From the human T2T-CHM13v2.0 reference genome, Homo sapiens, in NCBI RefSeq assembly GCF_009914755.1, contig NC_060931.1: a DNA stretch of 64,000 nt; one strand, given 5' to 3'. Below the pieces are notes generated by a model, which did no database searches, was not told the DNA's origin, and was given only the letters and a program-made list of their open reading frames with translations. The position numbers were made by a program, and so were the translations under genes. Shown here piece after piece: positions 63,621-64,000 of the stretch (position 1 is its first letter; every line of letters begins with the position of its first letter).

Positions 63621-64000
63621 TCTAAAGTCATGATTAAGTGATTAAATTATCCTCCACAGGGCCTTGTGGATCATTAGTTTATTGAGGCTGCTGAACTAAC
63701 TACATCTGGGCTAACCGCAAGAATCCCTTAGTTTTTTGTATTAATAACAGGGAGAGAGAGGCAAAGATAGAGAGGGAGAGAGAGGAGAAAGTTCCCATAA
63801 AAGATGTGGGAAATGCCTTGAGGTGAATAATTTTAGAAATCACAAACACAAATTAAATCTGCTATCTCAGCCATTGAATGAGTTGATCCAATTATGAAAT
63901 CAAATATGCTTGACTGGGTTGATTCAGTCGTGAAATCAAATAAAGCTTCAGTTTGTATTAGAATATGCAGATAATTTGTAAGATAACTAGATAAGCATGG

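Overview
AT-rich human genomic DNA (an AluYa5 with all five diagnostic bases makes it almost certainly Homo sapiens) lying wholly inside the semaphorin-3A gene, which is transcribed on the minus strand. The only host coding sequence is one 120-nt exon (48522-48641, minus; [40 protein letters not shown], Sema domain, canonical AG/GT ends) that the ORF track misses; the rest is the two flanking long introns. Retroelements dominate: a full-length L1PA2-like LINE-1 (798-6842, intact ORF1, ORF2 broken by a frameshift and a stop, intact 5'UTR/ORF0) antisense to SEMA3A; several truncated L1s; a nested LTR40 > twin-primed L1PA5 > AluYa5 structure; about ten Alus; a 30-nt tailless U6 retrocopy; MaLR/ERVL LTRs, hAT and Tigger MITEs, MIR/L2 relics and simple repeats. 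I see no evidence of a wholly new gene system. The best leads are regulatory: (i) the L1 antisense promoter/ORF0 splice donors plus an antisense poly(A) signal sit in 'gene-breaking' geometry in SEMA3A, (ii) a candidate recursive-splice site with a 70-nt poison RS-exon, (iii) inverted repeats flanking an in-frame skippable exon, (iv) young, possibly polymorphic Alus, one lacking a TSD. Repeat subfamily names are from recalled consensus sequences, not a database search.
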